64,000 nt of DNA from an uncultured candidate division Zixibacteria bacterium (GCA_963735035.1 CAVTJJ010000004.1:640001-704000), one strand, 5' to 3'; counted from the stretch's first letter, positions 9,252 to 18,992 are shown. Made by a program: numbers and translations. The notes: generated by a model from the letters alone, not told the origin.

Positions 9252-10888
9252 GATCAATCGTTGTCGGCATTATCGCATTCTTGTTGCTCGGCCACGGAGC
9301 CGGGGCGACAGTGGTAGTGAACGAAGTCATGTCTTACGCACCTAGTGTCGAGCCAACGCTGGAATGGATCGAGCTGTACAATCCGTCCAGTAGCCAGGCT
9401 AATCTTCTCTATTACCGGCTGGGAGTCTATTCTGAATTGAGCTCAGATTTCTTTTCCCTGACCGGCACTCTGGGTGCTGGGGAGTATCTTGTCCTATGCC
9501 GCAACAGTGTCCTGTTCGAACAGCACTGGGGCGACAACTCGGGTGTCTGGGGTGACGCCGCTGTTGAGAACTACACCCTTCTTGAAATACATTTCCAGTT
9601 GGCCAACAGCAGCGGTCACGTATCATTGATCGACCTGACCCCATTACAGCCGCAGGTTGTGTCGGATCTTGCCTGGACACAATCCGGCCTTGAAGGCTAC
9701 TCCTGGGAGAGGGTGTACTATTCGACCAACGAAGTCGGTCAGTCTATAGATCCGTCGGGTTCGACTCCCGGCCGGATAAACTCGCTTACACCTATGCAAA
9801 TCGACCTGGCGCTCGAAGGGGTCGAGATGATTCCGGAAAACGGGCTGACAACCATCGGGTTTCGAATCGTCAATCGCGGCCTGACCGACGTCCCCAACCC
9901 GATTCTGGAACTATACAAATTTGATCCCAACGGCCCTTACAATCAAGGTGTCCTCTTGGACTGGCAGTCGATCGGGCCGGTTGATTCCGGCCAGACCGTC
10001 ATATTGATAGCACAATATCAATTCGATTGCTATTACCAGAAGCTGGTTGGGAGCATTGTCTTGTTCACCGACCAGCGCCCGGACAACAATCGCCTGACCT
10101 TCACCGCCCCGGGAGAAGAATATCCTCCGGTCATACTTTCCGAGTTTCTTCCGGCGCAGGAACCGAGCACGGCGAGCGAGTGGGTAGAACTAAAGAATAT
10201 CAGCGATTCAGTCTTTGATCTGAACGGATGGCAATTGGGGGATTCGGTCGGGCTGGCCGAGATAGCGTCTTCAGAACTACTCATACGACCTCTGGAATAC
10301 CTGGTTCTGGCCGAAGACTCCACTGCGTTCAGGTTGACCTATCCTGATTTTGCCGGCGATCTATTTCAACCGCCAGCCTGGCGCTTCTTGAACAACGGCT
10401 CCGACAGTGTGCGCCTGTACGATGTTTTCAATATCGAGGCAGACAAGTTCTATTATGACCGAATCTTCGAAGGCAACCATACCTGGGCGAAGAGCGAAGC
10501 CCCCGGATACGAGGGTCAATGGGGCCGATCCGAGGATGTCGGCGGCACCCCGGGTGCGCCCAATCGGGTTCGCTTTACTCCTGAGGGCTCGCGAACGCTG
10601 AGAATTGACGTCACCCCACGCATTATTTCCCCGGACGGCGACGGGCGCGACGACTCGACCGTCATTCGTATTCAGGCCTCCGAGGCGAAGTCGTATACGC
10701 TCCGCCTATACGATAGCCAGGGACGTCTGGTGCGGACGCTTGAAGAAGATGTCCCGGACCTCAAAGAATATTATGTCTGGCGCGGTGAGAGTGACAGCGG
10801 TGAACATCTCCCGATAGGTATTTACATTCTGTACGTCGAGACCGTCGGCGTGGAATCGGCCAAGACGACAATAGTGGTGGCGCGATAG
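9248..10888 (+). CDS. secreted two-lamin-tail-domain protein with CARDB-like domain and T9SS type-B/FlgD-Ig-like C-terminal domain
   Basis: ATG 9248 overlaps the upstream stop; VVVNEVM...EWIELYN and VILSEFL...EWVELKN lamin-tail motifs, STPGRIN/GTPGAPN ends, C-terminal ISPDGDGRDD...LRLYDSQGRLVRTL...WRG...LPIGIYIL. Confidence 0.82.
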   Translation: MRSIVVGIIAFLLLGHGAGATVVVNEVMSYAPSVEPTLEWIELYNPSSSQANLLYYRLGVYSELSSDFFSLTGTLGAGEYLVLCRNSVLFEQHWGDNSGVWGDAAVENYTLLEIHFQLANSSGHVSLIDLTPLQPQVVSDLAWTQSGLEGYSWERVYYSTNEVGQSIDPSGSTPGRINSLTPMQIDLALEGVEMIPENGLTTIGFRIVNRGLTDVPNPILELYKFDPNGPYNQGVLLDWQSIGPVDSGQTVILIAQYQFDCYYQKLVGSIVLFTDQRPDNNRLTFTAPGEEYPPVILSEFLPAQEPSTASEWVELKNISDSVFDLNGWQLGDSVGLAEIASSELLIRPLEYLVLAEDSTAFRLTYPDFAGDLFQPPAWRFLNNGSDSVRLYDVFNIEADKFYYDRIFEGNHTWAKSEAPGYEGQWGRSEDVGGTPGAPNRVRFTPEGSRTLRIDVTPRIISPDGDGRDDSTVIRIQASEAKSYTLRLYDSQGRLVRTLEEDVPDLKEYYVWRGESDSGEHLPIGIYILYVETVGVESAKTTIVVAR

Positions 10889-11727
10889 ATGATCCATCGA
10901 AGCATATACATTGTCTGCGTACTTGCACTCGCGACCGCCGCACATGCTTTCGATATGCGTGACGCACGTTATGGCGGCCTGGGGCGGAGTTCGCTGCTCT
11001 CGCGACCAAACGCAGTCAATCTCGTTAATCTCGCCGGTGACGGTCTTGTCTCAGGGGCATACCAGATCGATATGGGCTACAATCGCAGGTTCGAATTGGC
11101 CGACCTCGATTATATGTTTGTCGCCGGCGCGTGGAAGTATCGGCAGATGACTGTGGCGTTGGGCGCGTCACAATTCGGGAAGAGCGAACTCTATGCCGAG
11201 CAACTTCTCAAGGGCTCGATTGCCGTTCGGTATCACGCTTTCACTTTTGGAGTTGCCCCATCGGCTATGCAAGTACAGATCGGCAACGGCTACGGAACGC
11301 TTCGGGCGGCTACGCTGGGGGCAGGAGTAACCTTCTCGGTACGATCTTTCAAGGTCAATCTTGTGGCAGACAACCTAACCAGTCCAAAACTATTTGACCA
11401 CAGTGCCGCTACCAAACCGACATACACATTGGTGTCAGAGTATTTCGGACACCGAGCCTTTTCTGTCACGGGACAGGTCCGCGCCGAGGACGGGCAGCCC
11501 CCCAGTTCGGTCTGGGGCAATGGATCTGGCTGTCTGATCGCAGTGCATTCTTCTGGGGCGTGGCTGGTGAACCCACCGAGTATGGCGGTGGATTGGAAAT
11601 AGCTCTGCCGTTTGGCGCCGCCACGTACACCGTCTCTGTCCATCCGGTGCTCGGGATGACCCACACCGTCACACTATCATATCAGTCGAAACAAGGCCGT
11701 CCGACCCGTAGAGGTGAGTTTGATTAG
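10889..11727 (+). pseudogene. PorV/PorQ-like small beta-barrel, split by a 1-nt frameshift in a C6 run
   Basis: Signal peptide, ARYGGLGR and NLA motifs. One extra C in the run at 11498-11503 gives PQFGLGQWIW...YTVSVHPVLGMTHTVTLSY...EFD*, ending at 11727 and overlapping the dgt start. Confidence 0.7.
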
Positions 11728-12856
11728 GCGTGACGATATAGAGCGGCGGGAACGGGAAACGCTTGCGGCGTATGCAGCCCTGTCGGCTGAGTCGCGTGGT
11801 CGTGTTCACCCACAGCCGGAACATGATCTTCGTACCGCCTACCAGCGCGATCGCGACCGGATTGTTCATTCGGCGGCGTTTCGACGCATGGAATACAAGA
11901 CCCAGGTCTTTATCCCGCATCTGGCCGATCACTATCGGACTAGATTGACGCATACGATCGAGGTCGCCCAGATCAGTCGCACACTCGCCCGTAATCTGCG
12001 GCTCAATGAAGACCTCACTGAAGCGATTGCTCTGGTGCACGATCTCGGCCATACTCCTTTTGGACATTCCGGCGAAGATGTGCTCGACGAGTTACTTCGC
12101 GATTTCGGCGGCTTCAATCACAATCGCCAGTCGTTGCGAGTGGTTGACCTGCTCGAAGAACGATACGCCGGACATCCGGGGTTGAATCTGACCTACGAAG
12201 TTCGTGAAGGTATCGTCAAACATGAGACTAAAGGTGGTCGGGTGGGCGAGGAATTTCATCCGGAGGAGCGTCCCACTCTGGAAGCATCGCTGGTTGACAA
12301 GGCCGACGAGCTCGCGTATTCGGCGCACGATGTTGATGATGGCCTTAGTTCCGGATTGATCACGCTCAACGATGTCCGGCCGCTGGCCATCTGGGACGAT
12401 CCCGCGAGTCCGTTCAAGACTCACGGAAATGACCGTACCGAATCGGCCGACGACCGCCTTCGCTATGAGCTGGTTCGCTATTTGATAAATCGTCTGGCCG
12501 TGGATCTGTTAGAAGCTACCAGCCAACGGTTGGAGCAGACCGGGATTACCGACCTGGCGTCGCTTCGCCACTCATCTCAACCGATTTGCGGTTATTCGGA
12601 GAGTACACGACTGCTTGTTGATGAATTGAAGCAAATGCTTCGTAGTCGGCTGTACCGCCATCCCCGCTTGGAAACGATTACGACCGAAGCACAGGCGACC
12701 GTGCGCAAACTATTCAAAGTTCTGGTCAACAACCCGCAACTGATGCCGCCCCGGTTTCGTGCCATGTTGAAAGATCACCCCGCCGAAATTGTGGCCGCCG
12801 ACTATCTGGCTGGCATGACCGACAGGTTTGCCGGAAGACTGGCCCAGCAGCATTGA
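11714..12856 (+). CDS. dgt: deoxyguanosinetriphosphate triphosphohydrolase (dGTPase)
   Basis: RTAYQRDRDRIVHSAAFRR, RTRLTHTIEV, HDLGHTPFGHSGE (HD motif), DYLAGMTD. Confidence 0.95.
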   Translation: MSLIRRDDIERRERETLAAYAALSAESRGRVHPQPEHDLRTAYQRDRDRIVHSAAFRRMEYKTQVFIPHLADHYRTRLTHTIEVAQISRTLARNLRLNEDLTEAIALVHDLGHTPFGHSGEDVLDELLRDFGGFNHNRQSLRVVDLLEERYAGHPGLNLTYEVREGIVKHETKGGRVGEEFHPEERPTLEASLVDKADELAYSAHDVDDGLSSGLITLNDVRPLAIWDDPASPFKTHGNDRTESADDRLRYELVRYLINRLAVDLLEATSQRLEQTGITDLASLRHSSQPICGYSESTRLLVDELKQMLRSRLYRHPRLETITTEAQATVRKLFKVLVNNPQLMPPRFRAMLKDHPAEIVAADYLAGMTDRFAGRLAQQH

Positions 12857-12890
12857 CAGCCCAGACCCTTCACTTAGATCAGGAGACGTA

Positions 12891-13808
12891 ATGGACCAGG
12901 AATTGCACCAACCCGAGCAGAATGTCACCCCGCCTCCGACCGATTCGGGACCCGCTATTCCGTGGGGGTGGGTACGAGCGCTCATATCGCTGCCCCTATG
13001 GGTTCTACTACAGGCTATCATCATGATTCCTCTTACGGCGCTTCTGGGAGGTAGTATGATCACCAAGCCTGACTTACCGGTCGATAGTCTGAACATTATC
13101 ATAGAGCAACTGGGGATGTTGCTATCGACGGTGTTGACTGTTTGGGTGCTTCGCCGATGGATCGATCGTGGTACGTTTGTTTCGCTCGGATTCGCGTTCA
13201 ATCGGGAATATGCCCGCGATTTGGTCGCGGGCTGCCTCTGCGGTATCGCACTCATCTCGGCTATCTTTCTGACCGTCCTCACGCTCGGAGGGCTGAGTGT
13301 TGTTGCTTTCCACCCGCCTGAACCTTCTCTACTGATTCTTACCGTGGCCATGATTCTGGTGGCACTGAGCGAAGAGCTGTACGTGCGCGGTTACCTGCTC
13401 GGCAACCTTATGGCATCGGCCAACAAGTATCTGGTCCTGCTTATCAGCAGTCTTGTCTTTTCGCTCTTTCATTTCTTCAACCCGAACAGCTCTGCAATTG
13501 GACTGGCCAACATCATTCTGGCCGGCCTTCTGCTGGGCATCTACTATGTTCACAAGAAAAACCTCTGGTTTCCGATCGGTTTGCACTTCACCTGGAACCT
13601 GTTTCAGGGGGGTGTCTATGGCTCGCCGATAAGTGGTTTGAAAGTCACCAGCCTGATTCAAGCCGACTTCACTGGCAGCAGTCTTCTGACGGGCGGGGAG
13701 TTTGGCTTCGAGGCTTCGCTGGTGACAACTGTCCTGCTGGCGGTCGCGACAGTGGTGGTTCATCTCATCTATCGGCCGCGAACCTCACCGACAGGCATTA
13801 CCCTCTGA
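12891..13808 (+). CDS. CPBP (Abi/CAAX protease-like) intramembrane metalloprotease
   Basis: Multi-TM; EELYVRGYL, FSLFHFFN, HFTWN motifs; ATG 12891 preceded by AGGAG. Confidence 0.9.
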   Translation: MDQELHQPEQNVTPPPTDSGPAIPWGWVRALISLPLWVLLQAIIMIPLTALLGGSMITKPDLPVDSLNIIIEQLGMLLSTVLTVWVLRRWIDRGTFVSLGFAFNREYARDLVAGCLCGIALISAIFLTVLTLGGLSVVAFHPPEPSLLILTVAMILVALSEELYVRGYLLGNLMASANKYLVLLISSLVFSLFHFFNPNSSAIGLANIILAGLLLGIYYVHKKNLWFPIGLHFTWNLFQGGVYGSPISGLKVTSLIQADFTGSSLLTGGEFGFEASLVTTVLLAVATVVVHLIYRPRTSPTGITL

Positions 13809-14276
13809 TTCCTGTCCGGCGCACTATCATTCTGCCGACCGCAGTCATTTTCACTGACAGGATCTGTCAGTCAGCCCCCTGATCTTTGTCTCCAGGCAAG
13901 GTGGGAGCGGGCAGGCTGACCGATTGAGGGACCGGCAAACCTGTCTCGGCCGACAAGTGGTTCGCCGGGGCACGGAACGGCGAACCACTCTATTTGCTCC
14001 TTGAAGCAACAAAGTGACTGATTTCAGGTGCCTGGCAGATGCCCACATCTGCCAGCTCGTATTGATCATTCCAAACTGAGTTGCCGAGAACTTGAATGTT
14101 TCTGAGAGGCTATCAGAATATATAACTGAAATCAATTCGTCCAAATCTGTGAATCCGCTTGCACAGAGGAAGGCCATATATCTCCGAACGCCACTATAAT
14201 GTATTGTGGTACAGAGGGTTGTTATTATTGCCCGGAGACTGGCTGCCGAGGCACGACACTTGCCCTGACTTGCGGC

Positions 14277-14657
14277 ATGGAATGTTATTTTGCTGCCCGA
14301 AGTCTGCCCAATCCCACGGTCGACGGTAAATCGGCTGTCGTTATGTTTTCCATCCCCGAGGTCGGTATCCGTTTCAAGGCCCCGTTCGCCGGAGTCGACC
14401 AGGACCACTGTGACCTGGCATCAATGCTCGCCCTCCTGGAATTCATAGACACGAATCAGAAATATCTCTCGAAACAGACCTACCAGCTCTACGGCGACAA
14501 CCTGGACATCATCCAGCAGGTGAACGGGCGCCGGGAGCTGCGCGAGGAGTTTGGCCCTCTTCTCAACAAAGCGGCCGAGTACCGCAACAAATATAGATTC
14601 TCGCTGGAATGGGTACCGTCGACCGAGAATGCCGCGGTGGACGACCTTTTAGATTGA
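14277..14657 (+). CDS. RNase H-like fold protein, probably catalytically degenerate
   Basis: YGDNLDIIQQVNG and LEWVPSTENAAVDDL resemble RNase HI/RVT_3 GDS.LV..QV.G and WVPR..N..AD; the first catalytic Asp (xxDG) is absent. Start could be 14199. Confidence 0.6.
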   Translation: MECYFAARSLPNPTVDGKSAVVMFSIPEVGIRFKAPFAGVDQDHCDLASMLALLEFIDTNQKYLSKQTYQLYGDNLDIIQQVNGRRELREEFGPLLNKAAEYRNKYRFSLEWVPSTENAAVDDLLD

Positions 14658-14688
14658 CCAAGATGTCGAAGTCGGCTTCCTTGCGGTC

Positions 14689-15663
14689 ATGGGCCTGTCA
14701 TCCCCCCCGAAGCTGAGCGCCGATATTGCCAAAGGGGAATTCAAGGGACTTTACTACTTCTTTGGCACCGAGGATTACCGCATATCCGAAGCGGCCAAGT
14801 ACGTGGCGCAGCAGTTTCTTCCCGGTAAACAGATAGCTACCAATTTCCGGCGCTTGGACGGCCGTAAGACCAAGTGCGCCGACCTCATAGCTGAATTGTC
14901 AGTATTCCCGATGCTCGGTGAGCGGCAGGTATTCGCCGTGACCGATTTCCAAAGTTACAAACCCACCGAACATGAACGCGTCCTGAAGCTTCTCGTACCG
15001 CCGGATCCGAATCGACTGGTAGTTCTAACTACCCCCGCCGCCCGGATGCCCAAGAAGAACTCGGCTTTCTTCAAGCGGGTAAGCTCGGTCGCTGAAACCA
15101 TCGAGTTCAAAAAGCTCGAGCCGGCTCAGGCTGCTCCCCAATTAACGCGTGAGCTTGCCAAAGGCGGACTCACGATCACGCCCGCTGCGCTCACTATGCT
15201 CGTAGAATTACTGGCGGGTAATCGAGGAGCGCTCTCTACCGAGGCCGCCAAGCTGATCGAGTACAAAGCGACCGGGGAGACTGTCACCGAGGACGATGTT
15301 CGCGCAGTTGCGGGCGGCCACGAGGTATTCGAAATTTTCCAAATGGCCGATGAGGTCCTGTCGGGTGACAGGGTGCGGGCTCTTCGCATGATCAAGCGGT
15401 TTCTGATTGAAGGTTCTACGCCCACCGGCATCCTCTTCTTTCTCGGTAGTCACTTTGTGACTCTATATTTGGTCAAAGGGGGCAAGGCTCCTGAACGGCC
15501 CTGGCTGTTGCAGAAATACCGCTCCCAGGCGGCCCGTTTCAGTCTTGAGCAGTTGGAACAGGCGATCCTGCTTATCGCGCAAACCGACGCCAACCTGCGA
15601 CGGCGCAAAAGCCATCCGGAGTTGGAACTCGATCAACTGGTGCTTCAGTTGATGGCATCCTGA
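14689..15663 (+). CDS. holA: DNA polymerase III subunit delta
   Basis: LYYFFGTEDY, PMLGERQV, AAKLIEY, IFQMADEV, C-terminal D..L..K...ELEL pattern; 324 aa. Confidence 0.9.
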   Translation: MGLSSPPKLSADIAKGEFKGLYYFFGTEDYRISEAAKYVAQQFLPGKQIATNFRRLDGRKTKCADLIAELSVFPMLGERQVFAVTDFQSYKPTEHERVLKLLVPPDPNRLVVLTTPAARMPKKNSAFFKRVSSVAETIEFKKLEPAQAAPQLTRELAKGGLTITPAALTMLVELLAGNRGALSTEAAKLIEYKATGETVTEDDVRAVAGGHEVFEIFQMADEVLSGDRVRALRMIKRFLIEGSTPTGILFFLGSHFVTLYLVKGGKAPERPWLLQKYRSQAARFSLEQLEQAILLIAQTDANLRRRKSHPELELDQLVLQLMAS

Positions 15664-15672
15664 GAGGCCCAG

Positions 15673-16272
15673 GTGGAGAAGAGTCGGGAAGAAAACACCG
15701 GGTTGGAGGTAGCTGGGGGAGAAGTCCGGGCGGCCGAACAGGCGTTGATCGCGGCAGCCCGCAATGGTGACAAACGAGCGTTCGGGCAACTAATTCGACT
15801 TCACCAGAAGCGGTTGTTTCGCTTCGTATTGGGTCTGGTAGGTTCGTTCGATCAGGCTGAAGATATAGTACAGGAAGCCTTTGTGAAGGCTTATGAGGCG
15901 CTGGGCACTTTCGAAATGGGGAGAGACTTCTATCCCTGGCTATCGACCATCGCCCGCAACCGGGCTCTGAATCTTATCGCCCGCGAAGAACGCAAGGAAT
16001 CACTCGACAAGATTCAGGAACAGGGTTTCGATACTCCGTCGGGCGATCCCAGCCCACTGGCGCAGGTGATCGGCTCCGAAAACCAGCAACGCTTCTACGC
16101 CGCCCTGAAAGCTCTGCCGGAGCAATATCGGACGGTATTTGTGTTGAGGCATTTTGAAGAGTTGAGCTATGAAGAGATCGCCCGGCAATTGAAGATCGCC
16201 AGAGGGACGGTTGATTCGCGTCTCTACCGCGCTCGTCAATTGCTTGTGGACGCACTCAAGGATTTATTGTGA
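15673..16272 (+). CDS. ECF-family RNA polymerase sigma factor
   Basis: AEDIVQEAFVKAY, FYPWLSTIARN, LSYEEIA...GTVDSRLYRAR. Confidence 0.93.
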   Translation: MEKSREENTGLEVAGGEVRAAEQALIAAARNGDKRAFGQLIRLHQKRLFRFVLGLVGSFDQAEDIVQEAFVKAYEALGTFEMGRDFYPWLSTIARNRALNLIAREERKESLDKIQEQGFDTPSGDPSPLAQVIGSENQQRFYAALKALPEQYRTVFVLRHFEELSYEEIARQLKIARGTVDSRLYRARQLLVDALKDLL

Positions 16273-16276
16273 AAGT

Positions 16277-17527
16277 ATGAACCAGGTGGACCACCAATAC
16301 TTCCAGGAACGACTCTCGGCGTTTGTCGATAACGAACTGCCGCAGTCGGAGCGCACGCTCGTGGAGTCACACCTGCAAGGCTGTTCGGAATGCCGAAGGC
16401 GAGTGGATGATCTCAGGAAGCTCGACGATCTGGTAGCCGCCGGCAGCGCTCTGAACGATTCAGCTTACTGGGAGAAGGCGGCTCAGCGGATCGAAGCGGC
16501 CCTGCCAGAAACCGGAGAAGTGGTTGATCTGAGCCATGAGAGGAAACGGCGTTCGGCGATCTGGTGGCGACTGCCGGCGATTGCGGCCTCGGTGCTCATA
16601 CTGGGCTACATCGGACTTCACGAAAGCGATATCCTGAAGAAAGATATTCTGCAGTCCCCCCAGCCGACTCTGCCCGCTGCAGAACCACCGTCTCAGAAAT
16701 CGGTCGAGCCGCAAGCTGATTCTTCGATTCGCACAGATAAGCTCGAGACCAAAGTAGCCACTGACCGGACGGCAAAGACTGAATCAGTACCCAGAAAGAT
16801 TGCTCCCGCTACCCGGGACACGGCACCCACTTCAACTCCTGAGATCAAAGAGAAGCTTGATTCAGTCATAGCTGATTCGTATAAGCCCGCGCTGTCTCCG
16901 TCGCCCGCCGTTGCTCCCCCCGCGACTGATCAAATGCCGTCGGCGCTAGTTGCTCCCGCACCTGCAAAGAAACCTACGCCTGATGTCATAGTCCCGGCCG
17001 AGACTCCTGAGTCCGAGGTGGTGCAGGACATGAATAAGACGATTTCAGTCGTGCCCGAAACTGTGAGAAGTGCCGCCCCAGCCGCCGCGGCGCAGGGACA
17101 GCCAGTTGATTCGGCGCTAGATGGCAGGCTGCAACAGGCGTCCTCAGAGGCAGCTTCTGAGACGGCTGAGCTAGCCAATCTCAGAGTCCGGCGGGATTCG
17201 CTGGAACTGGCGCTTCCTAGATTGAGAGAAGCCGCCGAATCTGTCGCCAAATCCAAAGGGGGCGGGGTTATGTCGTTCGATGGCGGGAAAGGTGGGGATG
17301 AGAATCTTGGCTCTCTTCTTAACCAGTGGACCAAAGAAGAAAAAAAGGCCGGCGTCAAACAGGCCGAGACCGCTTTGGTAGAGACCTGGTTCCAGATTTG
17401 TCGGCAGTCACCCGACCCGTATGAAATCAAGCAGGGAGTGGCTTATTTGAGAGGCGTGGCAGACAAGGGGAAGGGCGACAACCGCGAACTCGCCAAGCAA
17501 TATTTGAAACAGCTTGACAGACAATAG
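16277..17527 (+). CDS. zf-HC2 anti-sigma factor with TM helix and long Pro/Ala-rich extracytoplasmic region
   Basis: LSAFVDNEL...HLQGCSEC; TM segment WWRLPAIAASVLILGYIGL; directly follows the sigma gene. Confidence 0.83.
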   Translation: MNQVDHQYFQERLSAFVDNELPQSERTLVESHLQGCSECRRRVDDLRKLDDLVAAGSALNDSAYWEKAAQRIEAALPETGEVVDLSHERKRRSAIWWRLPAIAASVLILGYIGLHESDILKKDILQSPQPTLPAAEPPSQKSVEPQADSSIRTDKLETKVATDRTAKTESVPRKIAPATRDTAPTSTPEIKEKLDSVIADSYKPALSPSPAVAPPATDQMPSALVAPAPAKKPTPDVIVPAETPESEVVQDMNKTISVVPETVRSAAPAAAAQGQPVDSALDGRLQQASSEAASETAELANLRVRRDSLELALPRLREAAESVAKSKGGGVMSFDGGKGGDENLGSLLNQWTKEEKKAGVKQAETALVETWFQICRQSPDPYEIKQGVAYLRGVADKGKGDNRELAKQYLKQLDRQ

Positions 17528-17545
17528 CTTACACGTAGGCGCTAC

Positions 17546-17573
17546 TGCAACATTGGAGTCGACCGGTCTGTCA
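17546..17573 (+). promoter_or_regulatory. possible ECF-type promoter for the pspC-liaF pair
   Basis: TGCAAC-N17-TGTCA resembles ECF -35 AAC / -10 GTC architecture, ~45 nt upstream of pspC. Confidence 0.35.
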
Positions 17574-17616
17574 CATTCAATAGACAAAGGTAATAGCTGA
17601 AGGCAACGGTAAGACT

Positions 17617-18090
17617 ATGTCGAGAAAACTCTACAGATCCAGTTCCAACAAAGTGATCGCCGGAATATGTGGAGGTCTGGGAGAGCATCTGGATATTGAT
17701 CCGACCCTGGTGCGCCTGATAACCGTGGTCGCCGCTCTGGCCAGTTTTGGTGCGGTTGCCTTATTTTACCTGCTTGCCTGGATACTTATTCCACAGCCGC
17801 TACCGGGCGAGACAATTATCGAGCAGGCGACGCCGTCGGAATTGTCCATGCCCAAAACTCATTCCGGCTGGCGCATCTATTTGCCAGGCATAATTCTGAT
17901 AGGCCTTGGAGTAATGCTGCTATTGCCCGAATACCTCCCCGGATTCCACTGGCATGATATCTGGCCGCTGATTCTGGTGCTGCTCGGGCTGGTACTTATA
18001 TTGCGCAACGGTCACCATTCGCAGTCGTCGACGACGACGTCGTCCGATGGCCCGGGAATGCACGGAAGAGATGGAGGTATCCGCCCATGA
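17617..18090 (+). CDS. pspC: PspC-domain protein with C-terminal LiaF/DUF5668-like TM module
   Basis: KLYRSSSNKVIAGICGGLGEHLDIDPTLVRL...YLLAWILIP; GIILIGLG...WPLILVLLG. Confidence 0.88.
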   Translation: MSRKLYRSSSNKVIAGICGGLGEHLDIDPTLVRLITVVAALASFGAVALFYLLAWILIPQPLPGETIIEQATPSELSMPKTHSGWRIYLPGIILIGLGVMLLLPEYLPGFHWHDIWPLILVLLGLVLILRNGHHSQSSTTTSSDGPGMHGRDGGIRP

Positions 18091-18992
18091 CGCCGGCACG
18101 CTTTAGATGGGGCATGTTGTTCGTGCTTGTTGGTACGTTGCTGCTTCTGGTGAACGCCGACGTACTGAACTACAATTTCTGGGTGGACTTCGTTTACCTA
18201 ATCCCGTTTCTCCTTATTGCGATTGGGATCGAGAAGATATTCTCCCAAACCCGGTTTAAGTTCATTTCGTATCTCACTACGGTCGCCCTGGTAGGCGGGG
18301 CGATCTATGTGGCTTTCGCGGGAAGCTCCATTACCGAGAGCGGCAACTTCTTCAAGTCCAGCAACCTGGTATACAATGAAGATCAGGACAAAGTTGACCT
18401 GATTGAGGCCGATCTCACGCTGGGAGAGTCGTCGCTGACGATTCGCGACGCCGGCGACGAGTTGATGAACGCCCGATTCGGCGAATTGAGCCGCAAGCCC
18501 CAGTCGTCGCTCAATATTGAAGGCCGCACGGCCAGGATTCTGCTGGATAATCAAAGCAGCCCGCGTTTCTGGAGAGGCTCCATAAAGATCGACTCCGACG
18601 AACCGCAGGACTGGAGGCTGTCGTTCTCGCGCCAGGTTCCACTCAATCTGACGCTGAACAGCGACAACAATGAACTTCATCTTAACCTGGCAACGACACC
18701 GCTGAAGTCGCTGAATGTCAAGGCGGACGACGCTGATATCTACATCAAGGTTGGCGATCTCGAATCGATCGTGAATTTGAATATAAGCGGCAAGGATTCT
18801 CAGCTTCGCCTTCGGGTGCCCCAGGATGCCGGACTGGCCGTGACCGGGGTGAACGATCAGGCATATCTTGAGCAGATCGGCCTGGTGGCCCGAGGAAACG
18901 AATTCGTGTCGCCGACGTTCGATACGACCCAGGTCCGCATCAAAGTCGAACTCGATGAGCAGTTTCGCTCGCTGTCCATAGACTACTACTAG
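18087..18992 (+). CDS. LiaF/DUF5668-like membrane protein with beta-rich extracytoplasmic domain
   Basis: WGMLFVLVGTLLLLVN, PFLLIAIGIE; overlaps the pspC stop. Confidence 0.65.
   Translation: MTPARFRWGMLFVLVGTLLLLVNADVLNYNFWVDFVYLIPFLLIAIGIEKIFSQTRFKFISYLTTVALVGGAIYVAFAGSSITESGNFFKSSNLVYNEDQDKVDLIEADLTLGESSLTIRDAGDELMNARFGELSRKPQSSLNIEGRTARILLDNQSSPRFWRGSIKIDSDEPQDWRLSFSRQVPLNLTLNSDNNELHLNLATTPLKSLNVKADDADIYIKVGDLESIVNLNISGKDSQLRLRVPQDAGLAVTGVNDQAYLEQIGLVARGNEFVSPTFDTTQVRIKVELDEQFRSLSIDYY

Noticed and set aside
14199..14276. Cys-rich N-terminal extension (MYCGTEGCYYCPETGC) as a zinc finger
   Set aside because: RNase H-like similarity starts at ATG 14277; the extension may be untranslated and cannot be supported.
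13851..14408. 185-aa minus-strand ORF
   Set aside because: Overlaps the RNase H-like gene and hairpin-rich non-coding DNA; composition is not protein-like.
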